Below, piece after piece: positions 39,246 through 47,764 of a DNA stretch of 64,000 nt; position 1 is the first letter of the stretch, and every line of letters starts with the position of its first letter. This DNA comes from Desulfobacteraceae bacterium (lineage in GTDB: Bacteria; Desulfobacterota; Desulfobacteria; Desulfobacterales; Desulfobacteraceae), in contig CAXXNM010000003.1 in assembly GCA_963674675.2 (NCBI GenBank), positions 2,044,133 through 2,108,132 on the forward strand, read 5' to 3'. Below the pieces are notes generated by a model that searched no databases, was not told where the DNA came from, and saw only the letters and a program-made list of their open reading frames with translations. A program made the position numbers and the translations under genes.

Positions 39246-40402
39246 TGATAAGTATGATTGCCGATTTCGGAAACAGCAGCGTCCATTCTATCCAGCCCTT
39301 TTTTTAAAAGCTCTCTTGGGCATCCAAAATTCAGCCGGATAAAGCCATCTGCTCCAAAATCATGTCCATCGGAGAGTCCGATGCCATGGGATTCAAAAAA
39401 TTGTGCGGGATTATCAACATTCAAGGCCCTTGCATCTATCCATGCAAGATAGGTGGAAGATACCGGATACATGCTCAACCCTTCCATGGCATTGATACGC
39501 TGATATACGTAATCGCTGTTTTTTCTCAAATAGATCAAAAGCTCTTTTAGCCATTCATCGCCAAATTCAAATGCAGCCTCAGCAGCAACAAGGCCCATGC
39601 AGTTGATATCCGGAAGAATACCGCGATTGCTCCTCTTAAAACGCTTACGTATGGCTTCATCGGAAATAACGGCAAAGGAGCAGCTTAACCCCGGTATATT
39701 AAAGGTTTTGCTGGGAGCCATAAGTGTTATGATTTTATTCTCATAATTTGAACTACAGAGCCATGCAGGTATGTGTCTTTTATTTTCATCAAGGATAAAA
39801 TCAGCATGTATTTCATCGGAAATCAGCAGCATGTCATGTTTGGCGCAAATGGAGATCAGTTGAGATAACTCCTGTTTTGAAAAAACAGTACCACAGGGAT
39901 TATAAGGGCTGCACAGGATAAATATCCTTGACCTTGGCGTGATAAACCCTTTAATGGCTTCAAAATCAATAGAGAAACGATTTCCATAGTCTTTCATGGG
40001 TATCTTGATGCAGGTCTGAGCGCTGTTTTTAGGAGCTGTTAAAAAAGGCGGATAGGATGGAACCATGGTCAGAATTTCATCTCCTGGTTCAGCCAATGCT
40101 TTGCAAAGGGCGTTGACACCGCTTACAAGCCCAGGCAGCCAGACGATCCAATCTTTTTCAATTTCCCAGTCATAGCATCGTTTCAGGCGCTGCACCAGAA
40201 CATCTTCAAGACGTTTTCCAGGAGATGAATAGCCAAATATTCCATGATCCACCATTTTAGCAAGTGCATCTATTACAACGGACGGGGCTTTAAAATCCAT
40301 GTCCGCCACCCACATGGGCAAAATATCTTTTCCCTCATATTTTTCCCATTTAATGGAACCTGTTCCATTTCTGTTAACAATCTTATCAAAATCAAAATTC
40401 AT
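39242..40402 (-). CDS. class I/II aminotransferase-fold C-S lyase (MalY/PatB-type cystathionine beta-lyase)
   Basis: 'NRNGTGSIKWEKY', 'ILPMWVADMDFKAP', 'LCSPYNPCGTVF', 'LISDEIHADF' and 'APSKTFNIPGL'. Confidence 0.85.
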   Translation of the reverse strand: MNFDFDKIVNRNGTGSIKWEKYEGKDILPMWVADMDFKAPSVVIDALAKMVDHGIFGYSSPGKRLEDVLVQRLKRCYDWEIEKDWIVWLPGLVSGVNALCKALAEPGDEILTMVPSYPPFLTAPKNSAQTCIKIPMKDYGNRFSIDFEAIKGFITPRSRIFILCSPYNPCGTVFSKQELSQLISICAKHDMLLISDEIHADFILDENKRHIPAWLCSSNYENKIITLMAPSKTFNIPGLSCSFAVISDEAIRKRFKRSNRGILPDINCMGLVAAEAAFEFGDEWLKELLIYLRKNSDYVYQRINAMEGLSMYPVSSTYLAWIDARALNVDNPAQFFESHGIGLSDGHDFGADGFIRLNFGCPRELLKKGLDRMDAAVSEIGNHTYQ

Positions 40403-40563
40403 CTATTATCCTTATCCTTATTTTTGTATTTGAACACTTAAAATTTCTTCTTTATGCCATACAAGTTTTAAAAATCAAAGGGATAATTTTTCATTTCATT
40501 TCCTGGAAAAACTGATATGATAAGAATTTCTTAACCTATTGATTATTAGATGGGAGAGGGGTT

Positions 40564-40761
40564 ATGATTCTTGTGGATGAAAAGAAAATGGAATGGTTCC
40601 ATGATATGAGTGTCAAGGATGTACTTGACCGCATGGAACATACCGAATTCTGCGCAGTCATAAGGCTCAACGGCAGCCTTGTATCAAGTCCTTTTTTCCA
40701 GACTACTCGTGTGCCGGACAATGCTGTGATCTATCTTCTGCCCCTTGTTGCTGGAGGCTAA
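40564..40761 (+). CDS. ThiS/MoaD-family sulfur-carrier-like protein
   Basis: 65 aa ending '...YLLPLVAGG' (C-terminal Gly-Gly). RBS 'gggagagggg'. Confidence 0.65.
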   Translation: MILVDEKKMEWFHDMSVKDVLDRMEHTEFCAVIRLNGSLVSSPFFQTTRVPDNAVIYLLPLVAGG

Positions 40762-40957
40762 CCGGCTTATTTTTAAAGAAAACACCTATAATCCTTATTT
40801 AATAGTTCCATGAAGGATACAAGGAATAAGTCATGAAAACATTACAGTTAAAAATTGATACACATTTATATGATATTTTGTTGGCTATGCTTAAAGGTTT
40901 ACCCCAGGATAAAATAAAAATCATGGAAGATGTGAAGGATAATAAAGTAATTAAACA

Positions 40958-41905
40958 TTGAAATCAAAGATTGAAATCATCCAAACCCCGGCCTTTAACA
41001 ATAATGATCTGCCCCTGAAAGCATCTCTTTACACGGCATTCTTGTGTATAATATTTGGCGGCAATGCAGTGGCAATAAAAATAAGCCTCTCTGGAATGGG
41101 CATTTTTACCACCGCCGGGATACGGTTTTCCCTGGCCTCCATAACGCTTTTTTTATGGGCAAGAACAACTGGAAAATCACTACACTTCAACAGAAAACAG
41201 GGATTAAAACTTTTGATTCTGTCGCTGCTCTTTACTGTGCAGCTTTCCTTGTTTTACAATGGACTGAGCAGGACAACAGCATCCCATGGAGTCTTAATTG
41301 CCAATCTTTTGCCCTTTATTGTTCTTATTCTTGCACATTTTTTTATTCCAGGAGACCGCATTACTCTAAAAAAAATTACGGGTATTGCCCTTGGATTTAC
41401 CGGGGTTTTAGTGCTCTTATTAGACAACAGCACAATTGAAGGAAACATCCATACCGGAGATTTGATGATCTGCTGCGCCGTGTTTTTGTGGGGATGCAGC
41501 GCCACCTATATAAAAAGGATACTCTCGGAAATAAGTGCTCTTCAGATCACCATCTATCCCATGATGTTCGGGGCTCCCCTGTTTCTTACGGCAGGTTTTT
41601 TATGGGATCAAGAAATGATCAGGTTCATGGACACCGCCGTCATCCAGGCACTGATATATCAAAGCTTTGTAACGGCATCCTACGGGTTTGTAGCCTGGAA
41701 TGGATTGCTGCAAAAATTCGGGGCCACAGCAGTGCACTCTTTTGTCTTTATAATGCCGGTATCAGGAGTTTTTTTCAGCGTGGTGATATTGGGAGATCCC
41801 TTTACCTTAAATATCTTGCTGTCCATCCTTCTTATTGTTACAGGAACAATTGTAATGAATAGAAATTCCGCCAGGGACTTAAGGAAAGCAGTCAAAAAAC
41901 CCTGA
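40958..41905 (+). CDS. EamA/DMT-family transporter
   Basis: Ten predicted TM helices in two halves. 'FGGNAVAIKISL' and 'FVAWNGLLQKFGA'. Confidence 0.75.
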   Translation: MKSKIEIIQTPAFNNNDLPLKASLYTAFLCIIFGGNAVAIKISLSGMGIFTTAGIRFSLASITLFLWARTTGKSLHFNRKQGLKLLILSLLFTVQLSLFYNGLSRTTASHGVLIANLLPFIVLILAHFFIPGDRITLKKITGIALGFTGVLVLLLDNSTIEGNIHTGDLMICCAVFLWGCSATYIKRILSEISALQITIYPMMFGAPLFLTAGFLWDQEMIRFMDTAVIQALIYQSFVTASYGFVAWNGLLQKFGATAVHSFVFIMPVSGVFFSVVILGDPFTLNILLSILLIVTGTIVMNRNSARDLRKAVKKP

Positions 41906-41938
41906 TCTGAAAGAATCAAGTGTTTTCCTGCCGGTTTT

Positions 41939-41986
41939 GGCGTCCTTCATATTGCTTAAAAAGTAGTTTACAGTTTACACTTTTCT
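41939..41986. repeat. MITE-C collapsed copy
   Basis: 'ggcgtccttcatattgcttaaaaagtagtttacagtttacacttttc'. Confidence 0.55.
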
Positions 41987-42057
41987 GGATGATAATCCCT
42001 AAACAAAAGGATGTTCATAAAAAAGTGTACCCCGGCAAATTAAGGATACCCATATCT

Positions 42058-42537
42058 TCATAGAAATTTTTTCATTTTTATGTCAAGCCCTTTTCCGGGA
42101 AGGGTCATCAGGCTCGAGGTGCCATGGGCGACAAGTTCCCTGTTTCTGTCATAAACGCCGGCCTCGGCGTAGCTGATGGTCTTACCGGACCTAATCGCAC
42201 ATCCCTCGGCTGTCAAGGTCCCTTTTTGAACAGCCTTCAGATAATTTAGTTTTAAATCAATATTAACAAGACCTGCATCCTGGGGAATTCTCATGAAGAC
42301 TGCCCAGAATGTGGCGGTGTCAATCAAGGTTGCCAAAACGCCTCCGTGGACAATGCCAAAGGGCTGAAGATGGCATCTGCCTGTTTCAAGCTCTATAATG
42401 GCTGTATCCATATCTATGGATGCCAGTTTCATGGCCATATGATGGGGAAAGGGGCTTTCTGCTACTATCTCGATCAGTTTTTTCGTATACTCGGGGTTTA
42501 GCTTGGACATCATGATTCCTCCATACTCGTCGTTCAT
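42058..42537 (-). CDS. PaaI-type hotdog-fold thioesterase
   Basis: 'QPFGIVHGGVLATLIDTA' and a C-terminal 'VAHGTSSLM'. Confidence 0.75.
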   Translation of the reverse strand: MNDEYGGIMMSKLNPEYTKKLIEIVAESPFPHHMAMKLASIDMDTAIIELETGRCHLQPFGIVHGGVLATLIDTATFWAVFMRIPQDAGLVNIDLKLNYLKAVQKGTLTAEGCAIRSGKTISYAEAGVYDRNRELVAHGTSSLMTLPGKGLDIKMKKFL

Positions 42538-42697
42538 AAATTCTTTGGCTTACCACCACATATGATTTTTAACTGAAATATGATACAATACATAAATCCG
42601 TTATAATCAGGAAAAATTTTAATTGTGTGAGTCCAGTGCCGAAAAACATGAGCCTGTGAATACCATCAGGAGAACTCTGGATGAACAAAAAAAATGA

Positions 42698-43546
42698 TCA
42701 GCCAATTATTTCCTTGAGTTTTCCCAAGAGAATCACGGCAATATAAGAACCACCGGCAATTAAAATAATGGTAGGACCCGAGGAAAGGCTATGTATAAAA
42801 CTTACGGTAAGGCCAAGGCAATTGAACACCATGCAAAGGAGAATGGAGAGCATCATCATGGGCAGCATCCGCTGGGTCAATTTTCCTGCCACCGCAGCAG
42901 GCAGTGTAAGCAAAGCGATGACCATGACTATACCTACTATCCTGACCATGAGCACAATGGTCAATGCGGTAAGGCACAAAAGAAAAATATAATATCCATG
43001 GGCGTTTATACCCCTTAAAATTGCATATTCATCATCGAAACATACGGCAAGCAGCCTGTTATATAAGAGAAAGACACCAGACATTATCACCACGTCCAAT
43101 ATCAATACCATGAAAATGTCCCGGGATGATATAAGCAGAATATCCCCGAACAGAAAACTGGACATCTCAAAATACCCCGGTGTCATATCAATGAAAATAA
43201 GCCCCAAAGCCATCCCCACTGCCCAGATAGCCCCGATCACCGTATCTTCCCGCTCCTTTGAGTATATGGAAACAAGTCCTGTTAGTATTGCCGCAGCCAG
43301 TGCCGATACAACAGCGCCATGAATGGGATCCAGCCATGACAGGTTAAATACGCGGTTAAGGTAAAGGGCAATGCCGATGCCCCCGAATGCGGAATGGGAA
43401 ATCGCTCCTGCAAGATAGGAAATCCGCCGGGTCACCACATAGGTTCCGATTATTCCAAAGGATATGCTTGCAAAAATTCCCATTACAAAGGCGTTTCTTA
43501 AAAAAAGCATATCATGATCCATGAAACTGCGGACAAGATCAATCAT
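42698..43546 (-). CDS. metal (Zn/Mn-type, ABC-3 family) ABC transporter permease
   Basis: 'ISYLAGAISHSAFGGIGIAL', 'EDTVIGAIWAVGMALG' and about 8 TM helices. Overlaps the upstream ATPase gene. Confidence 0.8.
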   Translation of the reverse strand: MIDLVRSFMDHDMLFLRNAFVMGIFASISFGIIGTYVVTRRISYLAGAISHSAFGGIGIALYLNRVFNLSWLDPIHGAVVSALAAAILTGLVSIYSKEREDTVIGAIWAVGMALGLIFIDMTPGYFEMSSFLFGDILLISSRDIFMVLILDVVIMSGVFLLYNRLLAVCFDDEYAILRGINAHGYYIFLLCLTALTIVLMVRIVGIVMVIALLTLPAAVAGKLTQRMLPMMMLSILLCMVFNCLGLTVSFIHSLSSGPTIILIAGGSYIAVILLGKLKEIIG

Positions 43547-44303
43547 AAAAATGTCCTTTATCGCAGCATCGATGGTCGTGGCGGATCATCCTGAAGTCTC
43601 CCCCGTAGATGTCCTTTATAAGGGTTCCATCCATCTTTGTAGTAGGATGAATTACCACCTTCTGATTAACGCATATAACACTTTTCACCACCTGGGAGGT
43701 GAAGCCTATATCATGGGACACTAAAAGTATGGTCATTCTGTTGTTAAGGTCATCAAGTATTTGAAAAAAATTTTCTTCTGATTCCTGATCGATATTCGAG
43801 GTCGGTTCATCAAGGAGAAGAAGTTCAGGATCACTGCAAAGTGCCCTTGCAATCAATACCCTCTGTTTCTGCCCCCCTGACAGAGCATTGAAATGGGTGG
43901 AACGCTCATCTATTAATCTGACCTCTTCAAGGGCCCTTGCGGCAGCATCACGGTCATCCCTGGAATAACCTCCTAAAAAGCGCCTTCCCAGCCGGCCCAT
44001 GAGCACTACATCCATGACGGTGACTGGAAACTGCACATCAAGATGGGAATACTGGGGCATGTACCCCATCTTTAGGCGGCTCTTTTCCGGGGATCGCCCA
44101 AATATTTTAATCCTCCCCTTGCAGGGCTTTAAAAGACCCAGAAGCAGCTTTAAAAGGGTGGTTTTCCCCCCCCCATTAGGGCCCACTATTGTGGCAAACT
44201 CTCCCTTGGGTATGGTTAAATTTACATCTTTTAGCACATCCCTTTGCCCATAGGAAAACGAAACATCCTCAAGCACCGCGACCTCTTCAGAATTCAAAAA
44301 CAT
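43539..44303 (-). CDS. metal ABC transporter ATP-binding protein
   Basis: Walker A 'GPNGGGKTTLLK', signature 'LSGGQKQRVLIARAL' and Walker B 'LLLLDEP'. Confidence 0.88.
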   Translation of the reverse strand: MFLNSEEVAVLEDVSFSYGQRDVLKDVNLTIPKGEFATIVGPNGGGKTTLLKLLLGLLKPCKGRIKIFGRSPEKSRLKMGYMPQYSHLDVQFPVTVMDVVLMGRLGRRFLGGYSRDDRDAAARALEEVRLIDERSTHFNALSGGQKQRVLIARALCSDPELLLLDEPTSNIDQESEENFFQILDDLNNRMTILLVSHDIGFTSQVVKSVICVNQKVVIHPTTKMDGTLIKDIYGGDFRMIRHDHRCCDKGHFYD

Positions 44304-44375
44304 TCCTCCATTTTCAACTTTTTAAAGATTGATGAAGCCAGCCGGGGCAAACTGCCCCGGTAATGATCAGCCGGC

Positions 44376-44567
44376 TCAGGAAAAACCTTTGGGAGAGCTT
44401 GCCGCACAGGTGCCGATACTGGCTCCCATGAAGCTGCATGCGCTCATCATCTTTTTTACCTCGGTGCTCTTGCAGGCAGGGCAGTCGACTGCCTCCTTAT
44501 CCCCTGAAAAGACAAGCTTTTCAAAAATATGGCCGCACTGTTCACATTGATATTCATAGATCGGCAT
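44376..44567 (-). CDS. FmdB-family zinc-ribbon protein
   Basis: 'MPIYEYQCEQCGHIFE ... DCPACKS'. Confidence 0.8.
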   Translation of the reverse strand: MPIYEYQCEQCGHIFEKLVFSGDKEAVDCPACKSTEVKKMMSACSFMGASIGTCAASSPKGFS

Positions 44568-44692
44568 AGTATTACTCCTTTTTCTTTAAGACATATCCGG
44601 CAATGGCTCAAATCTTTTGATAATTTAAGGGCATCCTTCATTTCCCGCTTTGCACTTTCTGAATCAATCTCCCCATTTTTGGGGAGTCACTT

Positions 44693-44737
44693 CAAAAAAA
44701 GTGTCAACTACTTTTGAGGTATTTTGAAAGAAGGCAC
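44693..44737. repeat. MITE-C right-half fragment
   Basis: 'aaaaaaagtgtcaactacttttgaggtattttgaaagaaggcac'. Confidence 0.6.
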
Positions 44738-44755
44738 GGATTTAACCCAATCTAC

Positions 44756-45208
44756 CTATAGGCTGTCTTCAAAATCCCGAAAACTCATTTTATCATAGCT
44801 TTCGGTATTAATATATTTTAGAATCAACAAAAGCCTTGCAGAATCAACATATCCAGGCATGTTGCTCAGTTTCTCACTGTTTGATTTAAGAAACCATGAG
44901 GTGGGAAGTCCCCTTACTCCGTATAAATCACTCATCTTTTTTTCCGTTTCGGTATCCACCATTATGGAGATGAAATTATCATTTAGATAGGCAATAATGC
45001 CAAGGTCTTTAAATGTAGAGTGCTCCATTTTTCTGCAATAGGTACACCAGTCCGCATGAAAATAAAGGAACACCTTTTTTCCCTCTTCCTTTGCCATGGT
45101 AACTCCCTTTTCATAGGCTTTCCACTCAATACCACCGGATACTGCAAAGGCCTGAGATACCCACAAAAAACAGAGCATTACAGCGATAACAAAAAAACTC
45201 TTTTTCAT
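44756..45208 (-). CDS. periplasmic thioredoxin-fold protein
   Basis: Signal peptide 'MKKSFFVIAVMLCFLWVSQAFA'. 'VFLYFHADWCTYCRKM' (CXXC) and 'GVRGLPTSWF'. Confidence 0.8.
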   Translation of the reverse strand: MKKSFFVIAVMLCFLWVSQAFAVSGGIEWKAYEKGVTMAKEEGKKVFLYFHADWCTYCRKMEHSTFKDLGIIAYLNDNFISIMVDTETEKKMSDLYGVRGLPTSWFLKSNSEKLSNMPGYVDSARLLLILKYINTESYDKMSFRDFEDSL

Positions 45209-45299
45209 AAAAAATCCTTTATGTATTCTTCTATTTAAAAGGCCATGGCAAAAATTTTTGCCATACAATAAAACATTTTAACAGATAAACAGGCTCATT

Positions 45300-45425
45300 T
45301 TATTTGAATGCATAGGGGGCGGAATCTATTTCTGCCCTGTTTCCATATTTACCATGACCGGATAGGGTGGATATAGAATCCGCCTCTACATTCATTGTTA
45401 GTTGTGACCCGTGGTTCATGTGTGT
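45300..45425. repeat. composite REP-like element (direct repeat of 46440-46565)
   Basis: 'tatttgaatgcatagggggcggaatctatttctgccc ... gggtggatatagaatccgcctctacattcattg'. Confidence 0.75.
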
Positions 45426-45447
45426 CTATATGATGGAAAATAGGAAA

Positions 45448-46146
45448 TCAAATACCCGCAAGTATTCTGAACTTATCTGTTATCAGCAAAATTCCCAGCA
45501 CCACAAGCAGAGCGCCTGAAATTTTATTAACATACATAAGAACCCTGGTGGCCCGTTTCATAATTTCAAGCAGCCTGTTTATAAAAAACGACATGATGAT
45601 AAAGGGCAAAGCCAGTCCGGCAGAGTAAAGGCTCAGGAGCCAGATTCCCTGCATAACCGTATCCTGGCTGCCTGCAATGATTAGAATGGAACCCAAGAGG
45701 GGGCCGATGCAGGGACTCCAGCCCGCCCCAAAGGCCATGCCAATTATAAAGGTTCCCAAAAGGTGCATGGGTTTTTCACTCATGTGAATCCGCTTTTCAA
45801 AATTAAGGCCTTTGATATTTATAATACCAAGCAGATGCAGCCCAAAAACAAGAATAATGCCTCCTCCTGCGTACTGGATAAGCCAGGTATATTTTGATAT
45901 AATGCCACCCATGAAAGAGGCGGATGCTCCAAGAAGAATAAATATAAATGAAAATCCAGACACATAGGCAAGGGTTGCCAGGATAACTTTTCTTTTTATA
46001 GCTGCCGTATCTTCGGCCATCTCATCCAGAGACAGCCCTGTTATAAAGGTGAAATAAGCCGGAATAAGCGGCAGAATACAGGGAGAAAAAAAAGATAATA
46101 GGCCGGCGGCAAATGCGGCCTGGAAGGATACGGTTTCAGTAAACAT
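45448..46146 (-). CDS. ccdA: cytochrome c biogenesis / thiol-disulfide electron transfer membrane protein (CcdA/DsbD-core family)
   Basis: 'LSFFSPCILPLIPAY' and 'GAGWSPCIGPLLGSIL' (the two conserved Cys-Pro motifs). Six TM helices. Confidence 0.88.
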   Translation of the reverse strand: MFTETVSFQAAFAAGLLSFFSPCILPLIPAYFTFITGLSLDEMAEDTAAIKRKVILATLAYVSGFSFIFILLGASASFMGGIISKYTWLIQYAGGGIILVFGLHLLGIINIKGLNFEKRIHMSEKPMHLLGTFIIGMAFGAGWSPCIGPLLGSILIIAGSQDTVMQGIWLLSLYSAGLALPFIIMSFFINRLLEIMKRATRVLMYVNKISGALLVVLGILLITDKFRILAGI

Positions 46147-46439
46147 TTTTTTGCCTCCATTGATGATAAAAATTCATAATACCATGAAAATTCAAATTCT
46201 GAACCCATATCATAAGTATTTTAACTTGATTTGCAAGCTAATCGTAAAGGGAACAGCCCCACCGGATGTGAACCTGGCTGCGTTCGGCGTTGATATCACT
46301 GCTTGATTTGCAAGCTGCCCGTATAAGGAACAGCCTTAGCTTAATTGTCTTTAGATTATCATCTCAAAAGGATTACCGCAACCAGATGGTTGACTTAAAA
46401 TTTGATTATTATAAAATAGACAACTTGTCAGACAACAGG

Positions 46440-46565
46440 TTTTGTCTTTATTTGAATGTGCGGGCGGTAGAATTCTATTTCTGCCCCCGTTGATATACAA
46501 ACAACCCATCTGGGGCGGATATGGAATCCGCCCCTACATTTATTGCCAGTAGTGGGCATGAGATT
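46440..46565. repeat. composite REP-like element (direct repeat of 45300-45425)
   Basis: 'tatttgaatgtgcgggcggtagaattctatttctgcccc ... ggggcggatatggaatccgcccctacatttattg'. Confidence 0.75.
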
Positions 46566-46571
46566 ATTATA

Positions 46572-46835
46572 ATGCACTATCTTGAAAAGTATGAAAAAAA
46601 ACTGCTTGAAATCATCAGAATGGATCTTCAGCTTCATTTTTTCTGGAGCTTTTCCCTTACCATTCTTGCCGTTTTCTGGAAACCCTTTATTGCGTCCGGG
46701 CTGATCATTACTATATTAAAAGAAATTTTAGATGTTGCGGCAAAAAAGGGATGGAGCTGGGGTGATGTAATCTGGGGCATATGCGGCTTTATTGCAGGTC
46801 TGTATTTTTTATATGCCGCAGGTTATTGGAAATAG
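46572..46835 (+). CDS. small membrane protein, hypothetical
   Basis: Two or three hydrophobic helices. The ORF-track start at 46521 lies inside the REP element, so an internal ATG is preferred. Confidence 0.35.
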   Translation: MHYLEKYEKKLLEIIRMDLQLHFFWSFSLTILAVFWKPFIASGLIITILKEILDVAAKKGWSWGDVIWGICGFIAGLYFLYAAGYWK

Positions 46836-46875
46836 AAACAATTATTCGATTGTGGCGGTGATCCACCATGTTGGT

Positions 46876-46940
46876 TATAACTGCCATGGGCAGACCAGGA
46901 TTTTGACCAGGTTCTGCCCACAACGAAGAATGAAAGTCAT
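46876..46940. repeat. REP-like hairpin element
   Basis: 'ataactgccatgggcagaccaggattttgaccaggttctgcccacaacgaagaatgaaagtcat'. Confidence 0.7.
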
Positions 46941-46993
46941 CCGTCGTTTGCAGATAATTTCACATAAAAAAACAGAGGACTGGAGATTAATGA

Positions 46994-47764
46994 ATGGACA
47001 ATAACGATTATTATAAAATCTTAGGTATTAAAAATGATGCTGATACACCAACCATAAAAAAAGCATATAAAAAACTTGCCATTCACTATCACCCAGATAG
47101 AAACCAGCATGATAAAAATGCAGCAGGCAAGATGGCAAAGCTTAATGAAGCCTATGCTGTATTATCAAACCCTTCCAAAAGAAGAGATTACGATCTTTTA
47201 AGGCAGCAATTTGGAAACGGAGCAGCAAACAGGTTCAGGCAGAACCATACCTATGAAGATATTCTCAAAAATTCCGATATTGAAAAAATATTCCAGGAAA
47301 TTGCCGATAGTTTCGGCATACGGGGATTAAATGACCTGTTTAAAACAGGAGGAATACAGGGCGGTGGATTCTTTTTTTTCGGCACCTTTGGAGGCAGCGG
47401 GCAAAACCCTTCTGTTTCCGGCCGGGATTTTCCCAAAAAACTATTCCATGAGGCAGGCGGAAATCTTTTAAAAAACATTTTTACAAATTTCCTGGGAAGC
47501 CCCGATGAAACCATGGATGTCTATGAATCACTTGAAATATCTGAAGCCAAGGCCAGGGAAGGAGGTCCCTATGCCTATTATTATAAAAAAAAGAACAAAA
47601 AACTAATCGTGAAAATTCCCCCTAAAATCCATGACGGCCATAAAATAAGGTTAAAGGGGCTTGGAATTCAGAACCCCCGGACAGGAGAGACAGGGGATCT
47701 TTATTTAAATATAAAAACCAAAGCGCCCCTTTTATCCAGAATTAAAAATTTTTTACTGAAATAA
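46994..47764 (+). CDS. J-domain protein (DnaJ/CbpA-like, no zinc-finger domain)
   Basis: 'DYYKILGIKNDADTPTIKKAYKKLAIHYHPDRN'. Gly-rich linker. C-terminal 'KIRLKGLGIQNPRTGETGDLYLNIK'. Confidence 0.85.
   Translation: MDNNDYYKILGIKNDADTPTIKKAYKKLAIHYHPDRNQHDKNAAGKMAKLNEAYAVLSNPSKRRDYDLLRQQFGNGAANRFRQNHTYEDILKNSDIEKIFQEIADSFGIRGLNDLFKTGGIQGGGFFFFGTFGGSGQNPSVSGRDFPKKLFHEAGGNLLKNIFTNFLGSPDETMDVYESLEISEAKAREGGPYAYYYKKKNKKLIVKIPPKIHDGHKIRLKGLGIQNPRTGETGDLYLNIKTKAPLLSRIKNFLLK

Noticed and set aside
40833-40961. 42-aa ORF 'MKTLQLKIDTHLYDILLAMLKGLPQDKIKIMEDVKDNKVIKH' between the ThiS-like and EamA genes.
   Set aside because: Plausible in size and position, but it has no clear RBS, no recognisable family, and overlaps the TTG start proposed for the transporter. 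The evidence is insufficient.
42698-44567. Missing substrate-binding protein for the metal ABC transporter, as an anomaly.
   Set aside because: ZnuA/TroA-type binding proteins are often encoded elsewhere. Absence from one window is not informative.
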